A stretch of DNA of 64,000 nt from Planctomycetota bacterium (GTDB lineage Bacteria; Planctomycetota; UBA8742; UBA2392), in NCBI GenBank assembly GCA_020638635.1, contig JACKIE010000011.1, positions 914-64,913 of the forward strand, written 5' to 3'. The position numbers and the translations under genes were made by a program. Within the stretch, counting starts at the first letter, position 1, and each line of letters begins with the position of its first letter. Below the pieces are notes generated by a model. That model had not been told where the DNA came from and did no database searches. It saw nothing but the letters and a program-made list of their open reading frames with translations. This document shows positions 28,556 through 37,507 of the stretch, piece by piece.

Positions 28556-29406
28556 TGCAGGAAGAAAGCTTCTTCGACCAGCAGCGTTCGTACCTGTTCG
28601 CGATCGCTTACCGCATGCTGGGCAGCGCCGCCGACGCCGACGACATGGTGCAGGAGGCCTGGCTGCGCTGGCAGCGCGACGACCGCAGCGGCGTCGCCAA
28701 CCCGCGCGGCTACCTGGCCGGCGTGGTCACGCGCCTGTGCCTCGACCGCCTGCGCGAGCTGAAGCGCCGGCGCGAAGAGTACGTGGGCCCCTGGTTGCCT
28801 GAGCCGCTGCTGACCCAGGCCCCGGCCGACGGCGGCGAGCTGGCGGAAAGCCTGTCACTGGCGTTCCTCACCATGCTGGAGCGCCTGACGCCCGTGGAGC
28901 GCGCGGTGTTCCTGCTGCGCCAGGTGTTCGGCTACGAGTACGCCGAGATCGCGGCCATCGTCGGTAAAACCGAGGCCAACTGCCGCCAGCAGTTCAGCCG
29001 CGCGCAGAAAGCCATCGCCGAGGCGCGCCCGCGTTTCGAGACTTCGCGCGAGGCCCAGCAGCGCATGCTGCAGGGCTTCCTGGAGGCAGTGGGCAGCGGC
29101 GACCTTTCGCGCATCGAGAGCATCCTGCGTGAGGACGTCGAGTTCATCTCCGATGGCGGCGGCAAGGTGATCGCCGCGCGCCGCGTGCTCCACGGCCGCA
29201 GCGAGGTTGCCAAGTTCCTGCACAGCCTGGCGCAGCGCAGCCCGGAGGGGGTCAGCTTCGAGTTCGCGCCGGTGAACGGGCAGCTTGGCCTGCTGCTGAA
29301 GCTGCAGGGCAAGCTGGAGACGGTGTTCGTGATCGAGTCGGTGGGCGGGACCGCGCAGACCATCCGCGCCATCCGCAACCCGGACAAGCTTGCAAGGCTG
29401 GCCTGA
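28555..29406 (+). CDS. ECF sigma factor, group ECF41 (SigJ-like) with fused C-terminal SnoaL/NTF2-like domain
   Basis: 283 aa with region 2 (YLFAIAYRMLGSAADADDMVQEAWLRW), the linker YVGPWLPEPL, region 4 (ERAVFLLRQVFGYEYAEIAAIVGKTEANCRQ), and a C-terminal extension of about 100 aa. Confidence 0.88.
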   Translation: MQEESFFDQQRSYLFAIAYRMLGSAADADDMVQEAWLRWQRDDRSGVANPRGYLAGVVTRLCLDRLRELKRRREEYVGPWLPEPLLTQAPADGGELAESLSLAFLTMLERLTPVERAVFLLRQVFGYEYAEIAAIVGKTEANCRQQFSRAQKAIAEARPRFETSREAQQRMLQGFLEAVGSGDLSRIESILREDVEFISDGGGKVIAARRVLHGRSEVAKFLHSLAQRSPEGVSFEFAPVNGQLGLLLKLQGKLETVFVIESVGGTAQTIRAIRNPDKLARLA

Positions 29407-29415
29407 CGCGGTGTC

Positions 29416-29518
29416 GAACAGCAAGTTACCAATAACCAATTTTCAGTTACCAATGGCTCTTCACTGCGGACTCCGCTGAATTGAACATTGGTAACTGGTT
29501 ATTAGTAATTCGCTGTTC
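29416..29518. repeat. AT-rich palindromic element, copy D (full length, 103 bp)
   Basis: GAACAGCAAGTTACCAATAACCAATTTTCAGTTACCAATGG - centre CTCTTCACTGCGGACTCCGCTGAATTGAA - CATTGGTAACTGGTTATTAGTAATTCGCTGTTC. It begins 10 nt after the sigma-factor stop. Confidence 0.9.
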
Positions 29519-29581
29519 CGTAGCACCGCACAGGCTGGAAGACTCACGACAAGTCCCGCAACCGCAAGCTATCATCCTTCC

Positions 29582-30010
29582 ATGCGACTGACTTTGCTTG
29601 CCTGCCTGGCATTCGCCGCGCTGCTCGCGGCTTGTGCTTCCGAGCGCTTGCCCGCGCCGCGCGCCGCGCAGCATGAGCCCGCGCCTGAGCCGGTGAACGA
29701 ACTGGCCCAGCGCGCCTACGACGTGCTGCGCGATGATTGCTGGGGCTGCCACGGCCAGCCGGGCCGCAAAGCCTACGGCGAGACCACGCCGCTGGACTGG
29801 ATCCTCGACTACGACAAGCTGATCGAAACCAAGACCGTCATCCCCGGCCACCCGGGCAAGTCGCGGCTGATCTACATCACGGCCGTGCTGGGCAAGATGC
29901 CGCGCGCCTTCGACGAGCAGGGCGCGCCCAGCATCGAGGTCGAGCTCAGTGAAGCGGACCAGCAGACGCTGATCGACTGGATCAAGGAAGGCGCCCCGCG
30001 CTGGAAGTAA
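29582..30010 (+). CDS. Lipoprotein with a planctomycete-type (PSCyt1-like) monohaem cytochrome c domain
   Basis: Lipobox LLAACAS, a single CWGCHG motif, and a downstream IPGHPGKSRLIYI...GKMP pattern resembling the PSCyt1 domain. Confidence 0.65.
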   Translation: MRLTLLACLAFAALLAACASERLPAPRAAQHEPAPEPVNELAQRAYDVLRDDCWGCHGQPGRKAYGETTPLDWILDYDKLIETKTVIPGHPGKSRLIYITAVLGKMPRAFDEQGAPSIEVELSEADQQTLIDWIKEGAPRWK

Positions 30011-30045
30011 AACCGGCCCCGGCCGATGCCACCAAGGAGCAACTC

Positions 30046-30906
30046 ATGCGAATTTTCATCTCCGCTGACATGGAAGGCGTCACCGGCGTCGTCCACCGCG
30101 ACCAGCTGGTTCCCGAGGGCAAGACCTACGAGCGCGCCCGCAAGCTGATGACCGCCGACGTCAACGCCGCCATCACCGGCGCGCTGCGCGAGGCCCCCGG
30201 CGCCGAGTTCGTGGTCTGCGACGGCCACGGCGTGATGCGCAATCTCATCCTCGAAGAGCTGCACGAGGCCGCGCAACTGGTGGTCGGCCCCGCGCACCCG
30301 GCCAACAAGCCCCTGTGCCAGAGCCAGGGCTGCGACGAGACCTTCGACCTCGCGTTCTTCACCGGCTACCACTCGCGCGCCGGCACGCCCGGCGGCCTGC
30401 TGTCGCACACCTGGGTGGGCGCCGCGGTTACCAACATCCGCATCAACGGAGAGATCGTCGGCGAGACGGCGCTGAACGCCGCGGTGGTGGGCCATTGGGA
30501 CATCCCGGTCGGCCTGGTCTCCGGCGCTCATGAGCTTGAGGCCGAGGCGCGCGACACCATCCCCGACGGCTTCGTGTGGGTCGGTACGAAGACCACTTAC
30601 GGCCCCACGGCCGCCCTGTGCCTGCCACCCGCTCGCACCCACAAGCTGCTGAACGAGGGCGCCGCCGAGGCCGTGCGCCGCTTCAAGGAAGGCAAGCTGA
30701 AGCCGCACAAGCCCAAGTGCCCAGTCAGCATCAGCGTCGAGTTTCATCGCCGCGAGATGGCCGCCAAGGCTGCCGAGGTGCAGGGCATCGAGCGCGTGGA
30801 CGAGCGCACGATTGAAGCCAAAGCAGACACCACCATCGCGGCCGCGGAACGCGCCTGGAAAGCGGTCTGCCGCGCCCAGGAGGAAGAGCCCGGCTGGTTG
30901 AAGTAG
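30046..30906 (+). CDS. Peptidase M55 (D-aminopeptidase DppA-like)
   Basis: 286 aa with an MRIFISADMEGVTGVV start and HGVMRN / FTGYHSRAG motifs typical of M55. Confidence 0.85.
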   Translation: MRIFISADMEGVTGVVHRDQLVPEGKTYERARKLMTADVNAAITGALREAPGAEFVVCDGHGVMRNLILEELHEAAQLVVGPAHPANKPLCQSQGCDETFDLAFFTGYHSRAGTPGGLLSHTWVGAAVTNIRINGEIVGETALNAAVVGHWDIPVGLVSGAHELEAEARDTIPDGFVWVGTKTTYGPTAALCLPPARTHKLLNEGAAEAVRRFKEGKLKPHKPKCPVSISVEFHRREMAAKAAEVQGIERVDERTIEAKADTTIAAAERAWKAVCRAQEEEPGWLK

Positions 30907-30910
30907 GGCT

Positions 30911-30945
30911 CAGGAGGCAGGAGGCAGGAGGCAGGACGCAGGAAC
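30911..30945. repeat. Tandem heptamer (CAGGAGG x about 5)
   Basis: CAGGAGG CAGGAGG CAGGAGG CAGGACG CAGGAAC, directly after the M55 stop codon. Confidence 0.7.
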
Positions 30946-31041
30946 AAGAGCCGCAAGCGCAAGCGCGCGGCTGCCATGCCAACCATGAAGTAGATTCGCG
31001 CCGGCAGGCGTTACAACAGGGCGGCACAACAGGAGAAAGCC

Positions 31042-31428
31042 ATGAGCGATTTCATCCGTGTTGAATCCGGCCTGTCAGTGGAGCAGGCCGTCGAAAAGGT
31101 GCAGGAAGCCAGCAAGGCCAACGGTTTCGGCGTGCTGAACACCCTGAACCTGCAGCAGATCATGGCCGGCAAGGGCGTGAACTACGCTGAGGCCGCCACG
31201 GTGGTGGAAATCTGCCGCCCAGGCGACGCCAAGACGTTTCTCGAGGCCGACCAGCGCGTGGCCCCATGCCTGCCCTGTCGCATCGCGGTGACCACACAGG
31301 GCGGCAAGACCATCGTGCACACGGTGCGCCCGAGCGCCATGATGCGCATGTTCCAGAACACCAAGCTGGACGCCCCCGCCAAGGCCGTGGACGACGCGGT
31401 AGAGAAGATCATCAACGCGGCAAAGTAG
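31042..31428 (+). CDS. DUF302 domain protein
   Basis: 128 aa. GFGVLNTLNLQQIM...VEICRPGDAKTFL...APCLPCRIAVT matches the DUF302 pattern. Confidence 0.8.
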   Translation: MSDFIRVESGLSVEQAVEKVQEASKANGFGVLNTLNLQQIMAGKGVNYAEAATVVEICRPGDAKTFLEADQRVAPCLPCRIAVTTQGGKTIVHTVRPSAMMRMFQNTKLDAPAKAVDDAVEKIINAAK

Positions 31429-31734
31429 TCGCAACAGCCGGTTAAGCGCCCGGTGACACGGAAGGCTTGGTCTGTAGCGCAGGCGCCCCGCCTGCACCGG
31501 CCGGGGGCGCCTCGCCCACGGCACCCGATTTCGCCGCACGGGACGCGCGGCGGACGCATCGACGGGACGTCGATGCCACGGCGCTAAGAATCTTCGAAAA
31601 AACTTTTTGCCGCCCGCCAGGCCCTGAAACTGGGCCTTGGCGGGCGGTTCGCGTCTCCGGCGGCGGCCTGAAAACGGCGTTTTGTGTCGCACTGCTCTGG
31701 ATACTTGGGGCGGACACTTTCACGGAGACTTGCC

Positions 31735-32208
31735 ATGTTTGATGCATCGAAATTGCCGGCCGCCGAGCAGGAGGCCATCCGCCAGGAGATCAAGGCGCTC
31801 TACCTGGAATGGGGCGGCGAAGACATTGACCGCGCCATTGCCCGCGACCGCAAGGTGGTGGTCGAGCACGAACGCGAGCTGGACCACGTCGCGACGCTGC
31901 CCTTTGACAAGCCCTATCGCTGGCGCATCGCGCCCAGCGTCGGCCTGCGCGCGCAGAAAGACCTGGAGCGCCAGCAGAAGCGCCGCGCCGAGCTGTTGGC
32001 CGAGTGCATCCAGCAGGTGCTGCAGGATCGCGGCCACGAGGCAGAGACAAGGCCGACCGAGACAGCCGTCGCCTCGGCACGGCCGGGCGCGATCGCTGCC
32101 GAAGTGCAGCAACTGGGCGCCCACATTGTGGAGGCGATCGGCGCGCTGAAGGAGTGGAAGTCGGAGAGGGCGGAGGCCTCTCCGGAGCTGGAATCGGCCG
32201 CGGCGTAG
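31735..32208 (+). CDS. Hypothetical protein
   Basis: 157 aa from the ATG at 31735 (MFDASKLPAAEQEAIRQEIKALY...). It is helical and charged with coding-like composition. No family was recognised. Confidence 0.45.
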   Translation: MFDASKLPAAEQEAIRQEIKALYLEWGGEDIDRAIARDRKVVVEHERELDHVATLPFDKPYRWRIAPSVGLRAQKDLERQQKRRAELLAECIQQVLQDRGHEAETRPTETAVASARPGAIAAEVQQLGAHIVEAIGALKEWKSERAEASPELESAAA

Positions 32209-32356
32209 GTTCTTGTGGTCCGTGGTCGGTGGTCAGTGCTCGGTGTTCGAGTTGGGTGGCGCTACGTAGTGACGCCTGGATTATGGCCCGCGGCAAAGCC
32301 GCGGGATCTGTGCGCAGTCTGACTTCTGCGCCCCGGCGGGGGCGTTGGGGTCAGCG

Positions 32357-32524
32357 CACGCGCCTGCCTGTCCGACGCAGCCATGGCGAAGTCGGGAAGC
32401 GCGTGGCACTACTCACGCGCAGGCCTGCCCGACGTAGCCTTGGCGAAGTCGGGATGCGCGTGCCACTTTGCGCGTGCCACTTTGCGCGTGCCACTTTGCG
32501 CGTGCCAGGTTGCGCGTGCCACGC
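32357..32524. repeat. Nested tandem repeats (57 bp x2 running into 14 bp x5) upstream of the SulP gene
   Basis: The 57-bp units at 32357-32413 and 32414-32470 share CACGCGC..GCCTG.CCGACG.AGCC.TGGCGAAGTCGGGA.GCGCGTG.CAC. TGCGCGTGCCACTT is then repeated from 32455 to 32524, with the last two copies degenerate. Confidence 0.85.
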
Positions 32525-32722
32525 TTCGCGCGGCAGTTGGCGGGCCGGGCACCCGCGGTCCGTTGTGGCCGAATGTCACCGCCGCTTAACCAGCAGGGGC
32601 CTGCGCCTTGTACCCGAGCATGCCACGCCCTAACATTCTGCCATGCCGCGCCGGCTACGCGGCATCCCCACACGGACTGACGGACGTTCCGCACAGCCGC
32701 CAAGGTTTGGACTCACCGCAGT

Positions 32723-34471
32723 ATGTCACCCGAGAAAGAACGCGCCTCGCGCAGGCTCTCTGCGTCCGTTGGCCCATCCCGCCCGATCCCGGTTGCCGTC
32801 GGACTTCGCTCGGCCCTGCGCGACGGCTACAACCTCAAGCAGCTTCGCGCGGACATCCTCGCCGGCCTGGTGGTCGGCGTGGTCGCTTTGCCGCTCTCCA
32901 TGGCGCTGGCGATCGCGTCCGGCGTGCCGCCCCAGCACGGGCTGTACACCGCAATCATCGCCGGCGGACTGATCGCCGTCACCGGCGGCTCGCGCCTGAA
33001 CGTCTCGGGCCCCACGGCCGCGTTCGTGGTGCTGCTGGCGCCGATCTCGGCCAAGTACGGAGTGGGCGGCCTGGCCGTGGCCTCGCTGATGGCCGGCATG
33101 GTGCTGGTGCTGCTGGGCTTCGCACGCATGGGGCGGTTGATCCAGTTCGTGCCGCACCCGGTGACGACGGGCTTCACGGCCGGCATCGCGGTGGTGATCG
33201 CGACGCTGCAGGTGAAAGACTTTCTCGGCCTGAGCGTGACCGGCAGCGGCGAGCACTACTGGAACCGCATCGCGGACCTGTGGGCCGCCATGCCCAGCCT
33301 GCAGTGGGCCGACGCCACCGTGGGGGCGCTGACGCTGCTGGTGCTGATCCTGTGGCCGAAGATCACCAAGAAAATCCCGGGTCCGCTGGTGGCGATCCTG
33401 CTGGGCACCTTGGCCGCGCTGGCGCTGACTTCATTCCTGGGCGCCGAGGTCGCCACCATCGGCAGCCGCTTCAGCTACGTGCTGGGGGGCGAGACGCGGC
33501 CTGGTATTCCGCAGCTGCCGCCGATTCCCATGCTGCCCTGGAACCTGCCGGGCCCGGACGGGCAGCCCCTGGGCCTGAGCTGGGGATTGATCACCGACCT
33601 GGGCAGCGGCGCGCTGGCGATCGCGGCCCTGGGCGCGATCGAGTCGCTGCTCTCGGCCGTGGTGGCCGACGGCATGGTGGGCACGCGCCACGACCCGGAT
33701 GCCGAGCTGGTGGGCCAAGGGTTGGGCAACCTGGTGGCGCCGTTCTTCGGCGGCTTTGCGGCCACGGGCGCCATCGCGCGCACGGCGACCAGCATCCGCA
33801 GCGGCGGGCGCTCGCCGATCGCGCCGGTGGTGCACGCGCTGTTCGTGCTGGCGGCGGTGCTGGTACTGGCGCCGCTGCTGGCGTACCTGCCGATGGCAAG
33901 CATGGCGGCGCTGCTGCTGATCGTGGCCTGGAACATGAGCGACATCAAACACTTCCTGCACACGCTGCGGGTGGCGCCGCGCAGCGACGTGGCCGTGCTG
34001 CTGGCCTGCTTCGGCCTGACGGTGGCGTTCGACATGGTGATCGCCGTTGGCGTGGGTATCGTGATGGCGGCGCTGCTGTTCATGCGGCGCATGGCGGAGA
34101 TTTCGGGCTCGAGGCTGGTGGGCAACGGCGAAAGCGCCTCGCGCGCGGACCTGCCGGCCGGCGTGGTGATCTACGAGATCGCGGGGCCGCTGTTCTTTGG
34201 CGCCGCGCAGAAAGCCATCGAAGGCATCGCAACGGTGGGCAGCACGCGGGCGCTGATCCTGGACATGCACGCGGTACCGGCCATGGATGCTACGGGGCTG
34301 GTCGCGCTGCAGAGCCTGCTGGACAAACTCAAGCACGCGGGCACGCAGGTGCACATCGCCGGCCTGCAGGCCCAGCCGCGCGGCGTGCTGCAGAAGGCAC
34401 ACATGGACGAAGGCGCCAACCTGCGCTTCCACACCAGCGTGGACGCGGCCTTAGGCGCGCTGAAGGCGTAG
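32723..34471 (+). CDS. SulP-family anion permease with C-terminal STAS domain
   Basis: 582 aa with LRADILAGLVVGVVALPLSMALAIASGVPPQHGLYTAIIAGG (the SulP signature region). The STAS-like C-terminus is VVIYEIAGPLFFGAAQK...LILDMHAVPAMDATGL. Confidence 0.92.
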   Translation: MSPEKERASRRLSASVGPSRPIPVAVGLRSALRDGYNLKQLRADILAGLVVGVVALPLSMALAIASGVPPQHGLYTAIIAGGLIAVTGGSRLNVSGPTAAFVVLLAPISAKYGVGGLAVASLMAGMVLVLLGFARMGRLIQFVPHPVTTGFTAGIAVVIATLQVKDFLGLSVTGSGEHYWNRIADLWAAMPSLQWADATVGALTLLVLILWPKITKKIPGPLVAILLGTLAALALTSFLGAEVATIGSRFSYVLGGETRPGIPQLPPIPMLPWNLPGPDGQPLGLSWGLITDLGSGALAIAALGAIESLLSAVVADGMVGTRHDPDAELVGQGLGNLVAPFFGGFAATGAIARTATSIRSGGRSPIAPVVHALFVLAAVLVLAPLLAYLPMASMAALLLIVAWNMSDIKHFLHTLRVAPRSDVAVLLACFGLTVAFDMVIAVGVGIVMAALLFMRRMAEISGSRLVGNGESASRADLPAGVVIYEIAGPLFFGAAQKAIEGIATVGSTRALILDMHAVPAMDATGLVALQSLLDKLKHAGTQVHIAGLQAQPRGVLQKAHMDEGANLRFHTSVDAALGALKA

Positions 34472-34500
34472 CGGCGCTGAGCCACCGGAGCCACGAAGAA

Positions 34501-34527
34501 GGGACAGGCACCAAAGGTGCCTGTCCC
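34501..34527. terminator. Perfect hairpin between convergent genes (bidirectional terminator candidate)
   Basis: GGGACAGGCACC-AAA-GGTGCCTGTCCC, a 12-bp perfect stem between the SulP stop (34471) and the methyltransferase stop (34534). Confidence 0.6.
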
Positions 34528-34533
34528 TGGTCG

Positions 34534-35328
34534 TCAGACGGGCTTGAACACCAGCAGGCGTTCGCCCTCGGGCTGCGCCTGGTGCTTTGCGGGGGCGGCG
34601 GGGTCCGTGCAGGCGGTCAGCTCGAAGCCTGGCACGTCTCGAAGGGCGTCCAGGTGCTCGCGCTTCCACACCCGCAGGTCGTAGCTTTCCACGATGCGCC
34701 TGGGCCAGTCGCCGCCGCGGGTTTCGACGGTGCGGCGGATTTGCTGGCTGTGGTTCTCGGGCTCGTCGCGCAGCAGCTCGTAGTGGATGCGGGCCTCGCC
34801 CCCGGGGACCTCGCGCCAGGGCGTGCGCCAAAGTGTGGCCGGCAGCCTGTCGGGTACGGGCGCATCGAAGTTGAGCATCAGGATCACCGCCCCGCGCCCG
34901 CTGAGGTGGCGGCGGAAGCTGCCGATCCAGCGCGCGAGGGTGTCGATGTCCGGCAGCAGCGAGGTCACGCCGCTGGCCTCGAGGATGACGTCGAAGGGAT
35001 CCTCGAACGCCAGCTCGAACATGTCACCCAGTACGGTATGGGCGCCGGTGGTTTGCCTGGTGTACTCGACCATCTCCGGGCAGTTGTCGTTGCCGGCCAG
35101 CCTCGATGCCTCCTGTGCAAAGGGCCTCAGCCAGTTGCCGGGCCCGCAGGCCGGGTCGAGGATCGACCAGGGCCCGTTGCCGACGAAGCGGCGCATCAGG
35201 GCGCGGACGGCCGTGATGTCCTCGTCGTCGGGGGTCTTGAGAGTGTCGTAGAGAGCGGGGAAGCGGTAGAGGTTTAAGGGTTCCTCTTCGGGTGCTTCCG
35301 TGGGTCCCGAAGAGGTGTCGGCTGCCAT
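34534..35328 (-). CDS. Class I SAM-dependent methyltransferase
   Basis: ATG at 35328 (MAADTSSGPTE...) with the SAM-binding motif I context ILDPACGPGNWL. 264 aa. Confidence 0.78.
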   Translation of the reverse strand: MAADTSSGPTEAPEEEPLNLYRFPALYDTLKTPDDEDITAVRALMRRFVGNGPWSILDPACGPGNWLRPFAQEASRLAGNDNCPEMVEYTRQTTGAHTVLGDMFELAFEDPFDVILEASGVTSLLPDIDTLARWIGSFRRHLSGRGAVILMLNFDAPVPDRLPATLWRTPWREVPGGEARIHYELLRDEPENHSQQIRRTVETRGGDWPRRIVESYDLRVWKREHLDALRDVPGFELTACTDPAAPAKHQAQPEGERLLVFKPV

Positions 35329-35607
35329 GGGCAGTCCGACATCCCGGTGCGCAGACACGCTGTGTCTCCGAACGAACAACTGCCGGCCCCTGCACGCGCA
35401 GAACGCCGACAGCCGAATCAACGCGGCCAATTAACACAATGGCAACGAGCAAACGCCAAGAGAAATTCCGGAATCCGGGGGGACAGCGGAGGCCAGAGGC
35501 GGTCATGGCACAACTTGTCGCTCCGAAACGCGGCGGGTTCAGCTGGAGTTACCTGCAGGATTTCACTATCCTGAAAACAGATGTGATATTGAAACCCGGA
35601 GGAAGCC

Positions 35608-36810
35608 ATGCTGAAGGCGATAGCGGCACTGAGTCTGATGTTACTCATGGCGGCTTGCGGCACTGGAACGGCGCAGGCTCCGGTACCGAACAGCGATTCC
35701 AAGGCTCTGATGACAGAGGCGGTTTCGTTGCGAGATCGACTGGCACGGGCCGACGCTGCGTTGCTTCCCTCGACCAGTGGCGACACGGTATCCGGCGATG
35801 GGCTTGTGGTTCGTGCCGGCCTGGATCTGTTGGGTCTGGTCGAGGTGATCAGGCAGAACTATCTCAACGGTCTGAACGAGTCGAACCTGATCGGCTACTT
35901 GAACCAGGCCGGGGGTGACAAGCGCTTCGATGAATACTGGAAGCTCGTGTCAGACCAATGGTTCCACGAGCGGATTCCGGCTTGCCGCGCCTTCGCCAAT
36001 TGGGAGCAGTTCAAGGAAGACCGTTTGTGGGTGCAGTGTGCGGCGGAGTACCTGGCTGATCCCGAATCGTACAGCGACCTGAAAGACGACGGGTGGAAGT
36101 TGTTCGGGGAGTCCTGGTTCGAGCTTCAGGAACTGAAACCCGGCGCAGTTCTGCAGGAAGCGAAATCACCACGGCGGGTCAACGTGGCAATGATGGAGCG
36201 GTATCGCCACAGGTTCCCAAAGCTGTTCCAGAAGTACCGACTTAGCCCCGATACAGAGACCTTTTCAAAGCTGCGTTCAAATTCGTTTGAAGAAACGGAT
36301 TCGAGCCTGATCAACCACCCGACAGGCCTGCGCAAGAAGTTATTCCGCGCGTATCACGCGGACGTTGTGGCGCAGCTCGACAAAGCGATAGCCGGCAATG
36401 AGTCATTAGTCAGCTTCATTATCGTGCGGGTGCCATCGAATACCCTACCGGGCTTTGACGCGGCCGACCTGAACCTGATCAGCCCTACGCCGACGGGTGC
36501 CAAACTTGAGGTCACAAGCTCCATCCGCAGCACCAGGTCTGGAGAAGTGACGCTGGATCGTGGCGCAACCGTGCACGGCAAACGGGCCTATGGATTCACG
36601 AAAGAGCTGGACAGCCAGTCTGACGTAAGGCTGTTTCTGGATTATTCGAAAGTGGTGAAGTTGTTGCTTCCGGCTTTTGGAGTGGAGGATCCTGCCACGG
36701 AAGTAAAGGCGCTGAACGACAAGATCAGCGCCTTGGACGCGGAAGCACGCGAGGAGTTCGGCCCGATCCTGGCCGAAATCGATCAGCTCGTTTCAAGATT
36801 GTTGGAGTAG
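35608..36810 (+). CDS. Orphan lipoprotein (400 aa, unknown function)
   Basis: MLKAIAALSLMLLMAACGTG carries a lipobox. G+C is visibly lower than in neighbouring genes. No motif was recognised. Confidence 0.6.
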   Translation: MLKAIAALSLMLLMAACGTGTAQAPVPNSDSKALMTEAVSLRDRLARADAALLPSTSGDTVSGDGLVVRAGLDLLGLVEVIRQNYLNGLNESNLIGYLNQAGGDKRFDEYWKLVSDQWFHERIPACRAFANWEQFKEDRLWVQCAAEYLADPESYSDLKDDGWKLFGESWFELQELKPGAVLQEAKSPRRVNVAMMERYRHRFPKLFQKYRLSPDTETFSKLRSNSFEETDSSLINHPTGLRKKLFRAYHADVVAQLDKAIAGNESLVSFIIVRVPSNTLPGFDAADLNLISPTPTGAKLEVTSSIRSTRSGEVTLDRGATVHGKRAYGFTKELDSQSDVRLFLDYSKVVKLLLPAFGVEDPATEVKALNDKISALDAEAREEFGPILAEIDQLVSRLLE

Positions 36811-36838
36811 CGGAGGTTGTACCCGGGGTGAAACGAAC

Positions 36839-36860
36839 GCGCGCCGGTTGCCCGGCGCGC
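36839..36860. terminator. GC-rich hairpin between convergent genes
   Basis: GCGCGCCGG-TTGC-CCGGCGCGC: 9-bp perfect stem followed by TT. Confidence 0.55.
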
Positions 36861-36878
36861 TTGGTGGTTGGTTCAGGC

Positions 36879-37442
36879 CTAGAACGGCGGTTCCATGCTC
36901 TCGTTCTTGTTTTCGATGTCGTGCTGCAGCAGGGCGCGTTGCAGGGCGGCGTCGAGGTGGCGGTCCAGCTCGCCGCGTTCGTTGGCGGCCAGCAGGGCGC
37001 TCGCGTGCTGGGTGTCCACGTAGTCGCGGGCGTAATCAAGGAAGCTGGCGATGCGCTGCGGGTTCCAGTACTTGTCGCGGCCGTGGCTGATCACCTTGGC
37101 GTCGAAGCGGTCAAACACCTTGCGCATGGTGGTGTCGGGCGCCGCGGGGCGCGGGGCCTGCACGACCTGCTGCGCGTGCATATCCTGCATGCGTGCGACT
37201 TCGCGCTTCCAGGCCAGGCGCCTGGCTTCGCGCCGGTGGCTGACCAGGAACATCACCATGAAGAAGAAGCTGATGCCGATCGGGACGAACACCACGTGAT
37301 TGGCGCCGTGCTTGGCCATCAGGGCAAGGCCGACCACCGCGATGATGATCGCGACCAGCCACAGCAGGCCGGCGCCGCCGGAAGGCGGTGTGCTCGCGCC
37401 CTTTTCGTTCCAGGTGCGCTCTTGATCCCACGGGTTCATCAT
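36879..37442 (-). CDS. Hypothetical membrane protein (two TM helices plus a soluble C-terminal domain)
   Basis: ATG at 37442 (MMNPWDQERTW...). The TM segments are GLLWLVAIIIAVVGLALMA and VVFVPIGISFFFMVMFLV. It lies downstream of purQ on the same strand. Confidence 0.5.
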   Translation of the reverse strand: MMNPWDQERTWNEKGASTPPSGGAGLLWLVAIIIAVVGLALMAKHGANHVVFVPIGISFFFMVMFLVSHRREARRLAWKREVARMQDMHAQQVVQAPRPAAPDTTMRKVFDRFDAKVISHGRDKYWNPQRIASFLDYARDYVDTQHASALLAANERGELDRHLDAALQRALLQHDIENKNESMEPPF

Positions 37443-37507
37443 GGTGCAACCCCTTTCAGCAGTCCGCCCGGACGAAATTATAACACGCCGATGCGGCCGA
37501 TGCGTCC

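Noticed and set aside
32455-32524. Possible CRISPR array
   Set aside because: The 14-bp units are directly abutting with no spacers, and no cas genes are present. This is a simple tandem repeat.
32608-35277. 889-aa plus-strand ORF
   Set aside because: It is out of frame with the SulP gene and then antisense to the methyltransferase. The translation is Arg/Gly/Ala/Pro-rich nonsense.
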